Shown one piece after another: positions 1 through 13,401 of a DNA stretch of 64,000 nucleotides (its first letter is position 1; each line of letters starts with the position of its first letter). The DNA is taken from NCBI RefSeq assembly GCF_964355755.1, contig NC_092672.1, forward strand, positions 36,152,437 to 36,216,436. Direction: 5' to 3'. This DNA is from Antedon mediterranea. Taxonomy: Eukaryota; Animalia; Echinodermata. Below the pieces are notes generated by a model. The model was not told where the DNA came from, searched no databases, and worked only from the letters and a program-made list of their open reading frames with translations. Made by a program: the position numbers and the translations under genes.

Positions 1-119
1 AAGCATATTTGTACCCGTGTTCAAGGAAGCTGATGTTCTTATCTTTCCGTTTATTTATTATTTTTAAAGGATAAAAGTGTGGTGTGACATTTTTTTGTCT
101 TAAGTTTTTATCTGGTATC

Positions 120-1032
120 CAAGTGTCAAGAAAGATTTACCCAGTTGCAACTGTAAAGAGGGTTACGTCGTAGATTACCTGATGTCCCATCGAAATAAAT
201 AAATAAGAAAACCACAACTGACAGGAAAGCTGCAGAGCTACAAGTTGCAACTGTAAGGAGGATGACGTCATGCGTAGAATTACCTGTCTGATATCCCATC
301 GAAATAAATAAGTAAGAAAACCAACAACTGTCAAGAAAACTGCAGAGCTACAAGTTGCAACTGTAAGGAGGGTGACGTCATGCGTAGACTTACCTGGTGT
401 CCAATTTAAATAAATAGTAAGTAAACCAGCTACTTTCAAGAAAGCTGCAGAGCCACAAGTTGCAACTGTAAGGAGGGTGACGTCATATGCGTAGACTTAC
501 CTGATGTCCCATCGAAATAAATAAATAACACAGCAACTGTCAAGAAAGCTGCAGAGCTACAAGTTGCAACTGTAAGGAGGCTGACGTCATATTCGTAGAC
601 TTACCTGATGTCCCATCGAAATAAATAAATAAGGAACACAGCAACTGTCAAGAAAGCTTCAGAGCTACTAGTAGCGACTGTAAGGAGGGTGACGTCATAT
701 GCGTAGACTTACCTGATGTCCCATCGAAATAAATAAGAAACACAGCAACTGTCAAGAAAGCTGCAGAGCTACAAGTTGCAACTGTAAGGAGGGTGACGTC
801 ATATGCGTAGACTTACCTGATGTCCCATCGAAATAAATAAATAAGAAACACAGCAACTGTCAAGAAAGCTGCAGAGCTACTAGTAGCGACTGTAAGGAGG
901 GTGACGTCATATGCGTAGACTTACCTGATGTCCCATCGAAATAAATAAATAAGAAACACAGCAACTGTCAAGAAAGCTGCAGAGCTACAAGTTGCAACTG
1001 TAAGAAGGGTGACGTCATATGCGTAGACTTAC
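120..1032 (-). repeat. Tandem array (~8 copies, 104-110 bp) of the V1 TM + splice-donor segment
   Basis: The gtagacttacc motif recurs at about 170, 274, 384, 491, 595, 703, 807 and 915 (the real exon donor is at 1023). Units copy the V1 TM-coding end, and copies far from the exon are degenerate. Confidence 0.95.
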
Positions 1033-2102
1033 CTGATGTCCCATCGAAATAAATAAATAAGAAACACAGCAACTGTCAAGAAAGCTGCAGAGCTACAAGT
1101 TGCAATGATAATAATCACCGTCACATCATAGCATTTTAAAGAGTCTGCATCGAAATTTAAAATACTCGTTTCGTTTTTGTTTTTACATGTTGTATGTTCA
1201 GTGTTAATGAATGTGACGTTAGTTTGATTTATCCATCGACGAAACCATACAAGATTACAATCACAATTAAGTGGATTGTAAGCAAATCCAAACTTAACTA
1301 ACTTTGTTAAATTTTGAATTCCGACTTTTTGATTTAATGTCGTTATTTTGTTATTTTGAATTGTAAAATATGCTATTTCTGGTGAACCTAAAAAAACGTC
1401 ATCATGTATTTTACTGAGCGCGTTGTGTGAAAAGTCGACATTTTGTAGAAACGGGTGGTTTCTAAAGATATCAGGAGGGAAACTGGTAATCAAGTTTGAA
1501 GTCAAATAAACTGTATTCAATTTACGACAATTGTTAAAACTTCCACTTTGTATAGTTTTAACTGAAGAATATCTCATATATAGAACTTCTAATGATATCA
1601 ATTTCTGGAACCAAATTCTTTTAACATGTGTAAGAGCACGGTTGTAGTTTAGCTGAAGAAATGTTAGCTTCGAGAGACCATCAAACGCTTGATCGCTTAT
1701 TGTTGTATATCCCAGAAGATTACCGTCCAGATTTAGTAAAGTCATATCGTAGAAATTAACTAAATCGTCTGATTCAATTGTGGTGATATGGTTTTCATCA
1801 AGTCGCAGAAGTCCAACATCAACAGGTATATCTTCCTTAGGAATATGTTTGAATGATTTCTCTCTACAATTAACAGAATGAACAATGTATATTTCAGATG
1901 ACGAAAAGTGGGGGCAATATTTACAGGTACAAGTTTGTGGGCACTTCGTTGTGTTTGGTAGTTGAGTTCCATTTATTCTAAACGGATTGTATGACGTACA
2001 ACCAGTAATTCTTGTTCCATTTTCCACTACCAACAACAATAATAAATAAATAATAATAATAATGACGTAAGTCTTGCTGAAACCTGTACTCACATTTGCC
2101 AT
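1033..2102 (-). CDS. V1: LRR ectodomain + TM cassette (short TLR-like), divergent member
   Basis: Hydrophobic N-terminus, CPxxCxC LRRNT, ~7 LRRs, NPLNCDCxLxWF LRRCT, TM. Ends ATC AG|GTAAGT, so the ORF's TAA lies inside the donor. Confidence 0.9.
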
Positions 2103-2436
2103 CTTTCATGAGTTCTGATGTCAATTTCCGGTTTCGCTTCCTTTTCACGAGGTTAAATCTATCGAGTATTAGGCAAACATTCACTTTCGGAAGTAATAGG
2201 TTTAGAAACAAGTGGCCTTGGTGGTTTATGTTTTTCTTTACCTGTTTTAGTTTGTTCTTTTAATGTTGGTCAAATAAATAAGTAAAACTAAATGAAAAAT
2301 GGAATAAATAAATAAATAATTACATGAAAGTCTTCAGGTTTGTTTGTTTGTTTTTTTTATCTTTATACTGGGTGACCTCTTCAGTCAAAGACTGATCTCC
2401 CAGAGGGCCCAGTTGGTGATCAGTGACTGTGATGTA

Positions 2437-2655
2437 CTAATACACCGGGGTAACCCCCTACTCGTCTTGAAAGATGTACTAGGTTCTTTAAAGTGCACAC
2501 GAGCAAGTTGTGTACACTGGACCTACGGTTTATAGTCCTTATCCGAGAAGACTCGTTCTACCACCAGAACCATGGAGTGAGTGAGCCTCGAACCCCTGCC
2601 GATGTTATGGATACGTGATTACGGTTCCACTGTCTTAACCGCTCGGCCACTCACT
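2437..2655 (-). mobile_element. tRNA-derived SINE (same family as 53227-53460)
   Basis: Reverse complement has an A box (TGGCCGAGCGG) and B box (GGTTCGAGGC) and closely matches the + strand copy at 53.2 kb. Confidence 0.8.
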
Positions 2656-2699
2656 TCATGTTGGCAACATGAACGAGGACTGACTACAAATAAAAGGGG

Positions 2700-3283
2700 T
2701 AAAGAGTGTGACGTCATACCATACGTAGATTTACTATGTCCCATCGAAATACTATGAGAAAACCAGAAACAAGAAAGTTCTACAGAAAGTTGCAAAGATA
2801 GTAAGAAATGTGACGTCATAACATACGTAGACTTACCATGACCCATCGAAATAATATGAGAAAACCAAAAACTGACAAGAAAGTTCTACAAAGAGTTGCA
2901 AAGATAGTAACGAAATATGACGTCATAACATACATAGACTTACCATGTCCCATCGAAACACATAAATAAGAAAACCAGCAACTGTCAAGAAAGCCGCAGA
3001 GCTACAAGTTGCAATGATAATAATGATTGTGACGTCATAACATACGTAGACTTACCTGATACCTTATCGAAACACATAAATATGAAAACCAGCAATTGTC
3101 AAGAAAGCCGCAGATCTACAAGTTGTAATGACAATAGAGATTGTGACGTCATAACATACGTAGACTTACCTGATATCCCATCGAAACAGATAAATAAGAA
3201 AACCAGCAACTGTCAAGAAAGCTGCAGAGCTACAAGTTGCAATAATAATAATGATTGTGACGTCATAACATACGTAGACTTAC
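2700..3283 (-). repeat. ~5 copies of the TM + donor unit downstream of V2
   Basis: gacgtcataacatacgtagacttacc units; proximal spacing is 114 bp and distal copies are degenerate. Confidence 0.9.
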
Positions 3284-4323
3284 CTGATATCCCATCGAAA
3301 CAGATAAATAAGAAAACCAGCAACTGACAAGAAGGCTGCAGAGCTACAAGCTGCTATGATAATAATGGTTGTGACGTCATAACATCTGAGAGATTCTGCA
3401 TCAAAATTCATTATTGTTATATTTTTCTTGTGACATATAGCGTCATCAAGATCTGCGAACATAGCGTTAGTTTGATTAAGCCACTGACGAAACCATACTA
3501 GGCTACAATCGCAGCTCAGAGGATTGAATCCAAATCCAAACCGAAGTAATTTAGTTAAATTCTGAATTCCAACATCTTTACTAATCGTTCTGATTTGGTT
3601 GTTGTGTATAAAAAGATAGGAAATGTTTAAAGAATTCAAAAACATGTTATCTTCCAGATTGGTAATAGAATTACGAGAAAAATCGACGCTCTGTAGAAAT
3701 CTGTGATTTCTTAATATATCAGCAGGTAAACTTATTAGCTGGTTTCCTGTTAGGTGAACTGAAATCAGATTAACGCAATTTTTAAACACTCCACTCTGCA
3801 AAGTCTTTACAGCTGAATATCTAATGTGAACAGATGTTAGCGCAGTTAACTTTAAAAACCAAGCTCTTGGTATGTGCGAAAGAGCTCGATTGTAATCCAA
3901 GTATAATATTTCAAGTTTGGTGAGATTATTAAACGAATCATCGTCTATGTTATTGTACTGTAAGATATTATCAACCAATGTTAAAAGTGTCATTTCCCGA
4001 AAGTTAGCCAATGCATTAGACTTGATTCCACTAATGTCATTATAATTGAGACGTAAAGCGCCAACATCGACTGGGATATCTCTAGTTGGAATGTGACGAT
4101 ATTGTTTCCCTCTACACCTTACTTCATGGCTTGCATACATCTGTGTTTGGTCGATATGACGAATGCAATATACGCAAGTACATTCTTGTGGACACATCGT
4201 TGTATTTCGTGCTTGAGTTCCGTTTAATCTGAACGGATTGTATAATGTACACTTTCTCGAAGTGAAAGGTACAGCAATTACAAACGGCGTAAACACACAA
4301 AACAGAATGGCGTTGATATTCAT
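3284..4323 (-). CDS. V2: LRR ectodomain + TM cassette
   Basis: SP-LRRNT-LRRs-LRRCT-TM; ends at a phase-2 AG|GTAAGT donor. Confidence 0.9.
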
Positions 4324-5290
4324 GTTGTCCGAGATACGTAGCGCTAATAATTAAGACATTGATATGATATACCGCAGATGACCGTTGTCCACTTTACTGT
4401 AAGCAGTGTTACAAATAAACTTTCTTCTTAAATAGTTAGCGATGTATGTATGTACGTATAGTTTTGTTTCCGTGGAAGTGTATGAACAAACAAACCACCT
4501 CTAGTAGTAAGCGCCCGACTTTCAAAATGCGGCCATCTCGTAAACGAACACCTCCCTAAAAAGACCATACATCGTAAGGAAGCACCCTCGTTAGCGACCA
4601 ACATACTGTGATATGGTATTCAGTTTCTTGGAGTTATAAGCGAAATGAAAGGAAAAGGCCGCGGTCCACCTACAGTATATGTTGTTAGCGACCACCATTC
4701 TGTGATAATATGGTATTCATTTTCCTGGAGTTAGAAGCGAAATGAACGGAAAAGACCGCGGCGCAGCTATGTACAGTATATGTTGTTTACTGTTTCCTGT
4801 TTTGTATGGTGATTACTTCTACAGAACCGAGAGCAACATAATATAAATTTAAAACATCGTGCTACGTCTGTTTAAATGAAAACAATTGATTAAAAGCTAC
4901 AGTTGTAAAAATATTGTAAGGTGTGTGATCATAACATACGTAGACTTACCTGATGTCCTATAACAATAAGAAAACTAGCAACTGTCAAGAAAGCTGCGGA
5001 GCTACAATTTGCAATGATAATAATGATTGATTCAGTTCCAACCAGTATTCTGGGATCCATTATGTTTCTCATTTACCTCCTGATATTATCCATAATCGTC
5101 ACAAAGATGGAGTTACTATCGCCAGCAAATGTAGAAAATAATATATTTATTATAAAAAACATACGTAGACTTACCTGATGTCCCATCGGAATGCATAAAT
5201 AAGAAAACTAGCAACTGACAAGAAAGCTGCAGAACTACAAGTTGCAAAAATAGTGTAAAGAGTGTGAAGTCATAACATACGTAGACTTAC

Positions 5291-6330
5291 CGGATGTCCC
5301 ATCGGAATGCATAAATAAGAAAACCAGCAACTGTCAGGAAAGCTGCAGAGCTACAAGTTGCAATTATAATAATGATTGTGACGTCATAGCATTTGAGAGA
5401 TTCTGCATCGAAATTCATCATTGTTATATTTTTCTTTTCACATATGGCGTCATCAATATTTATCAACGTAGCGTTAGTTTGGTTAAGCCACTGACGAAAC
5501 CATACTAGGCTACAATCGCAGCTCAGAGGATTGAATCCAAATCCAAACCGAAGTAATTTAGTTAAATTCTGAATTCCAACATCTTTACTAATCGTTCTGA
5601 TTTGATTGTTGTGTATAAAAAGATAGGAAATGTTTAAAGAATCCAAAAACATGTTATCTTCCAGATTGGTAATAGAATTACGCGAAAAATCGACGCTCTG
5701 TAAAAATCTGTGATTTCTTAATATATCAGCAGGTAAACTTGTTAGCTGGTTTCCTGTTAAGTGAACTGAAATCAGATTAACGCAATTTTTAAACACTCCA
5801 CTCTGCAAAGTCTTTACAGATGAATATCTAATGTGAACAGATGTTAGCGCAGTTAACTTTAAAAACCAAGCTCTTGGTATGTGCGAAAGAGCTCGATTAT
5901 AATCCAGGTATAATATTTCAAGTTTGGCGAGATTATTAAACGAATCATCGTCTATGTTATTGTACTGTAAGATATTATCAACCAATGTTAAAACTTTCAT
6001 TTTATGAAAGTTAGCCAAGTCATTAGACTTAATTCCACTAATGTGATTGGAATCGAGACGTAAAGTGCCAACATCAACTGGGATATCTCTGGTTGGAATG
6101 TGACGATATTGTTTCCCTATACACCTTACCTCATGGCTTGCATACTTATGTGTTTGGTCGATAAGACGAATGCAATATACGCAAGTACATTCGTGTGGAC
6201 ACATCGTTGTATTTCGTGCTTGAGTTCCGTTTATTCTGAACGGATTGTATGGCGTACACTCTTTCGAAGTGGAAGGTACAGCAGTTACACACAGCGTAAA
6301 CACACAAAACAGAGTAATGTTAATATTCAT
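5291..6330 (-). CDS. V3: LRR ectodomain + TM cassette
   Basis: ATG (MNINITLF) at 6330; the ORF-track start at 6360 is a TTG. Ends ATC CG|GTAAGT. Confidence 0.9.
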
Positions 6331-8698
6331 GTTTCCCAGATAAGTAAGTAATGGAAGCAAATCTTCACCTTGGAATAAATTTCATCCGTGTGCAGCTATA
6401 AATATAAAGTATTGTGCTTCCAAGGAAGTGTTTTTAAAACCACTATTAACGACAATTTTAGTTATTTACTTCCTGTTCTTATTGAACCAAGGTACACACT
6501 GTTTCTATACATTAACTATCTTATTGTTTGTTTTGTATCTTATTCAACAATTCTATTTGTTCTATTTTTCATTTTTCCAATCAACTCTGGCAGCTCCATA
6601 AGGCCTGGCATTTATTATACAATTTTGAAACTGCACACCACTCCCATGGTGGCAAACAAATCATCAAAATACAAATGGAATACAACAACAAATGTTAGAA
6701 TATAAGGGAAAGATATTCGATCGACTTCAAATTTAGGTATTGATGTAGTGGTGGCCCAGTGGTAGTCATGGTTCAACAGGGTTCAGCTCTTCTATCTAGA
6801 CTCAATAGTCTAGATAGACTATTTCCTATCGCCGTTCAATTGTAGTTCCAACCAGTATTCTGGGATCCATTATGTTTCTCATTTACCTCCTGATATTATC
6901 CATAATCGTCACAAAGATGGAGTTACTATCGCCAGCAAATGTAGAAAATAATATATTTATTTACAAACCAATCTCTAAATGTGTGTACATTCATTTCTTC
7001 ACTTAGCTATCAGTCTCTCGATCCACCTCTATTAAGCGACCGACATTAAAAAAGCGGCCATATCGTAAGCGCCTACCTCTCTAAAACGACCACACATCTT
7101 AAGCAACCGCACCCTCATTATCGAGGGGCCAACGTTTTCTATTAGCGGCTATTTTCTGTCTCCAGAAGTACACAGGTAGTAGGTAACAATTGACTCTTCA
7201 CTATTCATCAGACAGCCGTTAAAGCAACATCTTACTAAGTCAAATCAGTAAGACGTTTTCTCAATGAAGATGCTACATGTATGCTCGTTCATCTGGAATA
7301 TATTATTGCATAAAGTACTTTATTTACGGATTGCTTTTACTAAATATCACCGCTCGTCTTGTTTCTCGAACACACCCGAACATTTCACTCGTACATTCCA
7401 GCGTCTCAATTGGTTACCAACGGAACATCCACGTTCATTTATTTGTTTTCAAATATATTCGTCATATTTCCCCACCGCACATTTCTGAACTAATTCAGCT
7501 TTGTTTAGTAATATTTGCACTCTTACACTCGGATCAACATCAGATGAAACTGAACTCCCCATCATCCACACTGTCGGTTGAATGCATATGAAGAGCGACC
7601 GTTTATAGTTGCTGTGTTAAATTTGTTTTGAGAATTTTTATTCATAATTCGCCTTCTGTATTTTGAAAGAACGACTTAATATCATTTATTTTCGTCAGTT
7701 TAGTTTTCATTCTTGCCCGTCAGTTTTCATAGCCATACTAGAATAGAAGGTGCCTGATTCATGAGAAGGCAGAAACTCACTCAAACCATGGTTAGCGACA
7801 AGGGTGTATCATCATGTTTGTGTATTGCATGGACTTTTCCTTGAATATCTTTCACAGCATCTCGAAGTTTGTTTTGTTTTGTTTTTGCGCTTTAGAATTT
7901 CAAAGCTATAGTAACCAATAAATATTTTAATATCAAATTAAAATCAGTTTCCTAGAAAAACTATATCGTATGCCATGAAGGTAATAACACTATCAATGAT
8001 AATTAACCTTTCTGAAACCTTAATGAAATTGAAATTGAACAATATATAAATGCTTAGTTATGTTTTTTGCGTGAAATTTCTTCTCACAACCCAAATGTTG
8101 CACTGGTGTAAATATTCTTGTTACACTGCTTAGTATAGTATGTATGTCCATATAAAATAGTGAAAGGTTGCAATAATTTAAAGATTGAGGTAGAAGAAAT
8201 CAAGATAGGCCATTACATAGTTTCGACTAGACTTTATGTCCCATTTTCATTTTATAAAATGCTTCTTCTTTTTACATCCAATATATAATCGAAATCAAAA
8301 GAAAAAAACATTTAGAGCGAAATAGTATACAAAAATGATGAGTAAATGAGTAACAAAGTGTAAAAATGGAAATGTTTAAAATAAAAATAATGCACACAAA
8401 AGAAAGTAACAATAAGAACGCTATTAACAAGATACAAGAGGACGTCGCCATAACGTACGTAGACTTACCTGATGTTCCATCGAAGCACATAAATAAGAAA
8501 ACTAGCAACTGACACAAAAGCTGCAGAGCTACAAGTTGCAAAAATAGTGTAAAGAGTGTGAAGTCATAACATACGTAGACTTACCTGATGTCCCATCGGA
8601 ATGCATAAATAAGAAAACCAGCAACTGTCAAGAAAGCCGCAGATCTAAAAGTTGTAATGACAATAGAGATTGTGACGTCATAACATACGTAGACTTAC

Positions 8699-9732
8699 CT
8701 GATATCCCATCGAAACAGATAAATAAGAAAACCAGCAACTGACAAGAAGGCTGCAGAGCTACAAGCTGCTATGATAATAATGGTTGTGACGTCATAACAT
8801 CTGAGAGATTCTGCATCGAAATTCATTATTGTTATATTTTTCTTGTGACATACAGCGTCATCAAGATCTACAAACGTAACGTTAGTTTGATTAAGCCACT
8901 GACGAAACCATACTAGGCTACAATCGCAGCTCAGGGGATTGAATGCAAATCCAAACAGAAGTAATTTAGTTAAATTCTGAATTCCAACATCTTTACTAAT
9001 TGATCTTATTTGGTTTTTGTGTATAAAAATATTTGAAATGTTTGGAGAATCCAAAAACATGTTATCTTTCAGATTGGTAATATAATTACGCGAAAAATCG
9101 ACGTTCTTTAGAAATCTGTGATTTCTTAATATTTCAGCAGGTAAACTTGTTAGCTGGTTTCCAGTTAAGTGAACTGTTGTCAAGTTAACGCAATTTTTAA
9201 ACACTCCACTCTGCAAAGTCTTTACAGCTGAATATCTAATGTAAACATTTTCTAGTGAAGTTAACTTTAAAAACCAAGCTCTTTGTATGTGAGAAAGAGC
9301 TCGATTATAATCCAGGTATAATATTTTAAGTTTTGTGAGATTGTTAAACGAATCATCGTCTATGTTATTGTACTGTAAGATATTTCCAACCAATGTTAAA
9401 ACTGTCATTTCACGAAAGTTAGCCAATGCATTAGACTTGATTCCACTAATGTGATTGTAATTGAGACGTAAAGCGCCAACATCAACTGGGATATCTCTGG
9501 TTGGAATGTGACGAAATTGCTTTCTCATACACCTTACCTCATGGCTTGCATACATATGTGTTTCCTCGATAATGCAATATGGGCAAGTACATTCGTGTGG
9601 ACACATCGTTGTATTTTGTGCTTGAGTTCCGTTTATTCTGAACGGATTGTATGGCGTACACTCTTTCGAAGTGGAAGGTACAGCAGTTACAAACAGCGTA
9701 AACACACAAAACAGAGTAATGTTAATAGTCAT
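8699..9732 (-). CDS. V4: LRR ectodomain + TM cassette (near-identical to V7)
   Basis: ATG at 9732; same architecture; phase-2 donor. Confidence 0.9.
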
Positions 9733-10284
9733 GTTTCCCAGATAAGTAAGTAATGGAAGCAAATAAATTTCATCCGTGTGCTAGAAATATTAAGTATCCA
9801 AGGAAGTGTTTTTAAAACCACTATTAACGACCATTTGAGTTATTTCCTGTTCTTTGTGAACCAAGGTACACACTGTTCTACTGTATATTAACTATCTTAT
9901 TGTTTGTTTGTATCTTATTCAACCATCCTATTTGTTCTATTTGTCTTTATTTAAATCCACTCAGGCAGCTCCATAAGGCCTGGTATCTATTATTAATTAT
10001 TTAAGCTGCAGTGACACTCCATGGTGGAAACGCTCATATACAGTGCGTTCATAAAACCATCAAATACAAAAAAACAGATGGATACAATTTCAAATGGATA
10101 AATCTGGAAACAATACAGTAGATAGTTAATATTTTAAAAATACAAATTTTAAAATATAAGAAAGAGATTTTTGATCGACTTTAAGTTATTCCTGCAGTGC
10201 TGGTCATGGTTCAGCGGGGATCAGCTCTTCTATCTAGACCGTCAGGGGTAGACTCGTCACGTCCATCTTAGAGTTCCTTATTTT

Positions 10285-10400
10285 AGTGTTCCTCACAGTA
10301 TTCTGGGACCCATTCTGTTTCTCATTTACATACATCCTCCTGACTTATCCATAATCGTCACATAGATGCAGATGACATCGTCAAAGTTTTAGGAATATTA
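10285..10400 (+). pseudogene. Decayed LINE (CR1/L2-like) reverse-transcriptase fragment
   Basis: gtgttcctca..cagtattctgggacccattctgtttctcatttac resembles (G)VP(QG)SILGPILFLIY, followed by gcagatgac (ADD). Related copies at ~5035, ~6845 and ~23613. Confidence 0.55.
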
Positions 10401-10709
10401 TTTGTGTAATTCCAAAGAGACTATCCACAAGATAGTAGATTGCATCGTGACTGGCAATGTTACGCTGTAATACTGATGAGACAAAAGTAGGCCTACTACA
10501 TTGTAAAGGCCCGGTCACACCTAACCGATACCTATCGGACGTGAAATATCGGTCGTGACTTATCGTTCTCAATCGCGGTCACACTTCAACCGAAATCGTT
10601 TCGTTGTGATGACGCCCCCAACGGTTAAAAAAAGTTGTTGTTGTATGGATAGTAATTAAAGCAAAGATAGTGTAGTACTACACTATCTTTGATTAAAGTT
10701 AAAATATAC

Positions 10710-13401
10710 ATGATGGCAGACGACAGCGAAGAAGTACTTCTGATGTATTTGTTATTAAGAAGACAAAAATGTCGACAAAAAAGACGTAGATTGTGGGTAC
10801 ACCCAATTTAATGAATCTAGGGCAATGTATGGGGAATTCCAAACATTGTTCAGAGAATTGTCTTCTCATGAAGACAAATTTTATGAATACTTCAGAATGT
10901 CAGAGCAACAGTTCTATACTATTTTAGACTTGGTACGAGGTAAAATACAAAAGGAAGACACCTTTTTTAGAAAGAGTGTAAGTGCAAATGAAAGGCTAGC
11001 AATATGTCTTAGGTAAGTATATAATTCTTAAATATAATAAATTAATTGAGCACTAATCATAATTAGTTAGTACTACAGGCCACTAACTAGAGCAGGCCTC
11101 TCTAGCGCCTAGGGTACAGTAGTACCTACTTTAGTAACAGCCTAGGCCTAGTAGTAGCACTAGGCATAGTACTACTACAAGACTAGGGTGAGTTACAACT
11201 AATTACTATAGACCTAGGCCAAGACCACTACTGATCAGTAACCCCACATTTTCGGCATTAATATTGCTGTGAGATTATTTTGTTAAATTTAAAAAATGAA
11301 ATAAAAGTTAAGTAATAAATACCCAAACAAAGGAGACCTCAACACTGGTTAATTCAAAATTAAAAACGTTTATTTTAATTGCCTTCTTTGAAGTATTGCC
11401 AGCTAAATTAAAATATTTAAAATACTGCAATTTTAAAGATATAGTGTCATCCCGGAAAAATACAAGTTAATTTATTTTTCTTGTCAATGTTGCTAATGTA
11501 CAAAAACAACATTTTCAACAACCCGAAAGTGTTGTGGAACAATAATAATAATCAATTTTTATACAATTATTTTTATAAAATAAAGTCAAATTTAACAATA
11601 AAATTTAAAACCTAAAGCAAATACTCTATCTCAGCCTCATGGACCAATTTGTGAATTTTAAATCGGATGTCAGCCCTGGCCCTTTCAGGCAGTTTTCTTA
11701 AAATTTCGGCCATTGACAAAAAAAAAACAATGAATGTCGTCTTTCTTGTTTTCTTTCTGATCTTCCAGATACTTCAAAATTGATTTGTCAATGTCAACAC
11801 TGTCACTGTCATCTGGTAACTTTCTTTTTTTTGGTGTGGGTTTTTGTGTAGATGTGTGTGGCAAGTCTGGAATGTCCTCATCACTAATACTAGTATTGCT
11901 TTTACTTAATACTAATAGTTCACTTGGACTATTGAGGTTACTTGAGGTCCTGAAATGAAAAACAATTGTTAATGGTCTACAGACTTATATTACCTTTGAT
12001 GTGATATACATTTGAACCACAGGCAAAATGTTCATTTGTTTAGTAAATATATTATGTTGTTTACTATTTATACAGAAGTGAATTAATTATTATTATTAAC
12101 ATTCGATTTTACTTACTCTCTGTGTTGGATAAATGGTTTTAAAAAGGACAAGATGTCTTCGAATTTGTACTTCTTTATGTACTTTTTGGCATCTCCACTT
12201 TTAGATGCAGCTTTTCGTTTACTGCTGCTGTAAGCATCCCTGATGTTGCCCCATTTCTTGCGTGCCAAGTCTCCTGTAAATATAACAAAAAAGTGTAGTT
12301 TTAAAAATAACATTGAAAATATAAATATCATGTACTACTGTAGTACAAATAATTAATAGTTACAATAAACATTTTTATCTATTTTTTTGTGTTGAAACGT
12401 TATACAAATCAACACATTGCATACTGCACAGTACATTTTAAAGTCAAGGAATAAATTAAAACCATTTATATTTTTTTTACAGATACTTGGCTACTGGAGA
12501 CTCGTACAAAACTATTTCTTTTAGTTACAGAGTCGGAAAATCAACCATTGTCAACATTGTGCCTGAGGTGTGTGATGCTATTTGGCAATGCATGCACCCT
12601 CAATATATGCCTGTTCCAACAGAAAATGAATGGAAAGAAGTAGCAGCTGCATTCGAAACAAGGTGGCAGTTCCCAAACTGTGTTGGGGCCATAGATGGGA
12701 AACATGTTGTTATTCAAGCCCCACCATATACAGGATCAACCTTCTTCAATTACAAAGGTAATTTTTCTGTAGTACTGATGGCTCTGGTAGATGCCATGTA
12801 CCGTTTCATACTGATTGATGTTGGGAGCATATGGTTCCCAAAGTGACGCTGGCATATTTGCAAAAAGTGCAATGGGCAAAGCGATACAAGCCCATCAATT
12901 GGCCTTTCCAGCTGATAAAGAATTGCCAAATGCACCAGAGCTTGGTAAAGTTCCCTATGTCATTATTGGGGATGAGGCATTTCCACTGAAATCAAATATA
13001 ATGAGATCTTATTCTGGCAGTGAACTTGATGACAGCAAACGAATTTACAACTACAGACTTTCTAGAGCCCGGAGGATAGTGGAAAATGCATTTGGCTTTT
13101 TGGCAGCAAGGTGGCGTGTCTACCAAAGGCGAATGCAATTACAGCAACACAATGTGGACAAAATAATCAAAGCTACATGTGTACTGCACCATTTTTTACA
13201 GAAGACGGGTGACACTGTATCAATGCACAAGTAGATTCTCAAAGGTCTGCACATCATAAAGTCATTCAGAACCTGCGTTTAACAGGAAATCATGCCTCAA
13301 ATGACGCAATAGCAGTCAGGCACACATTCAAAGAGTACTTTATGTCACCAGCGGGTGAAGTGCCATGGTAAAGGAATGCTTGTTTTGGCAAAGCAGTTTA
13401 A
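10710..13401 (+). pseudogene. Harbinger DDE transposase (HARBI1/ALP1-like), exons 10710-11012 and 12483-13401
   Basis: Motifs WVHPI, FYEYFRMS, spliced CLR|YLATGDS, FPNCVGAIDGKH, GDEAFPL, YNYRLSRARRIVENAFG. Frameshifts near 10808, 12826 and 13230 and a premature stop near 13369. Confidence 0.9.

Noticed and set aside
137-439. Short hydrophobic ORFs in donor arrays and spacers (137-439, 2619-2846, 8272-8541, 21491-21760, 25691-25948, 33572-33775, 37109-37399)
   Set aside because: They are alternative-frame or antisense translations of the TM/donor repeats and AT-rich flanks.
6100-6351. Recurring + strand ORFs antisense to cassette 5' ends (6100, 9508, 17483, 19247, 22841, 41097, 44437)
   Set aside because: They recur only because the sense exons are paralogous, and have no independent coding signal.
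7829-7842. NF-kB site (ggacttttcc) repeated in several spacers
   Set aside because: It fails the GGGRNNYYCC consensus and recurs only through segmental duplication.
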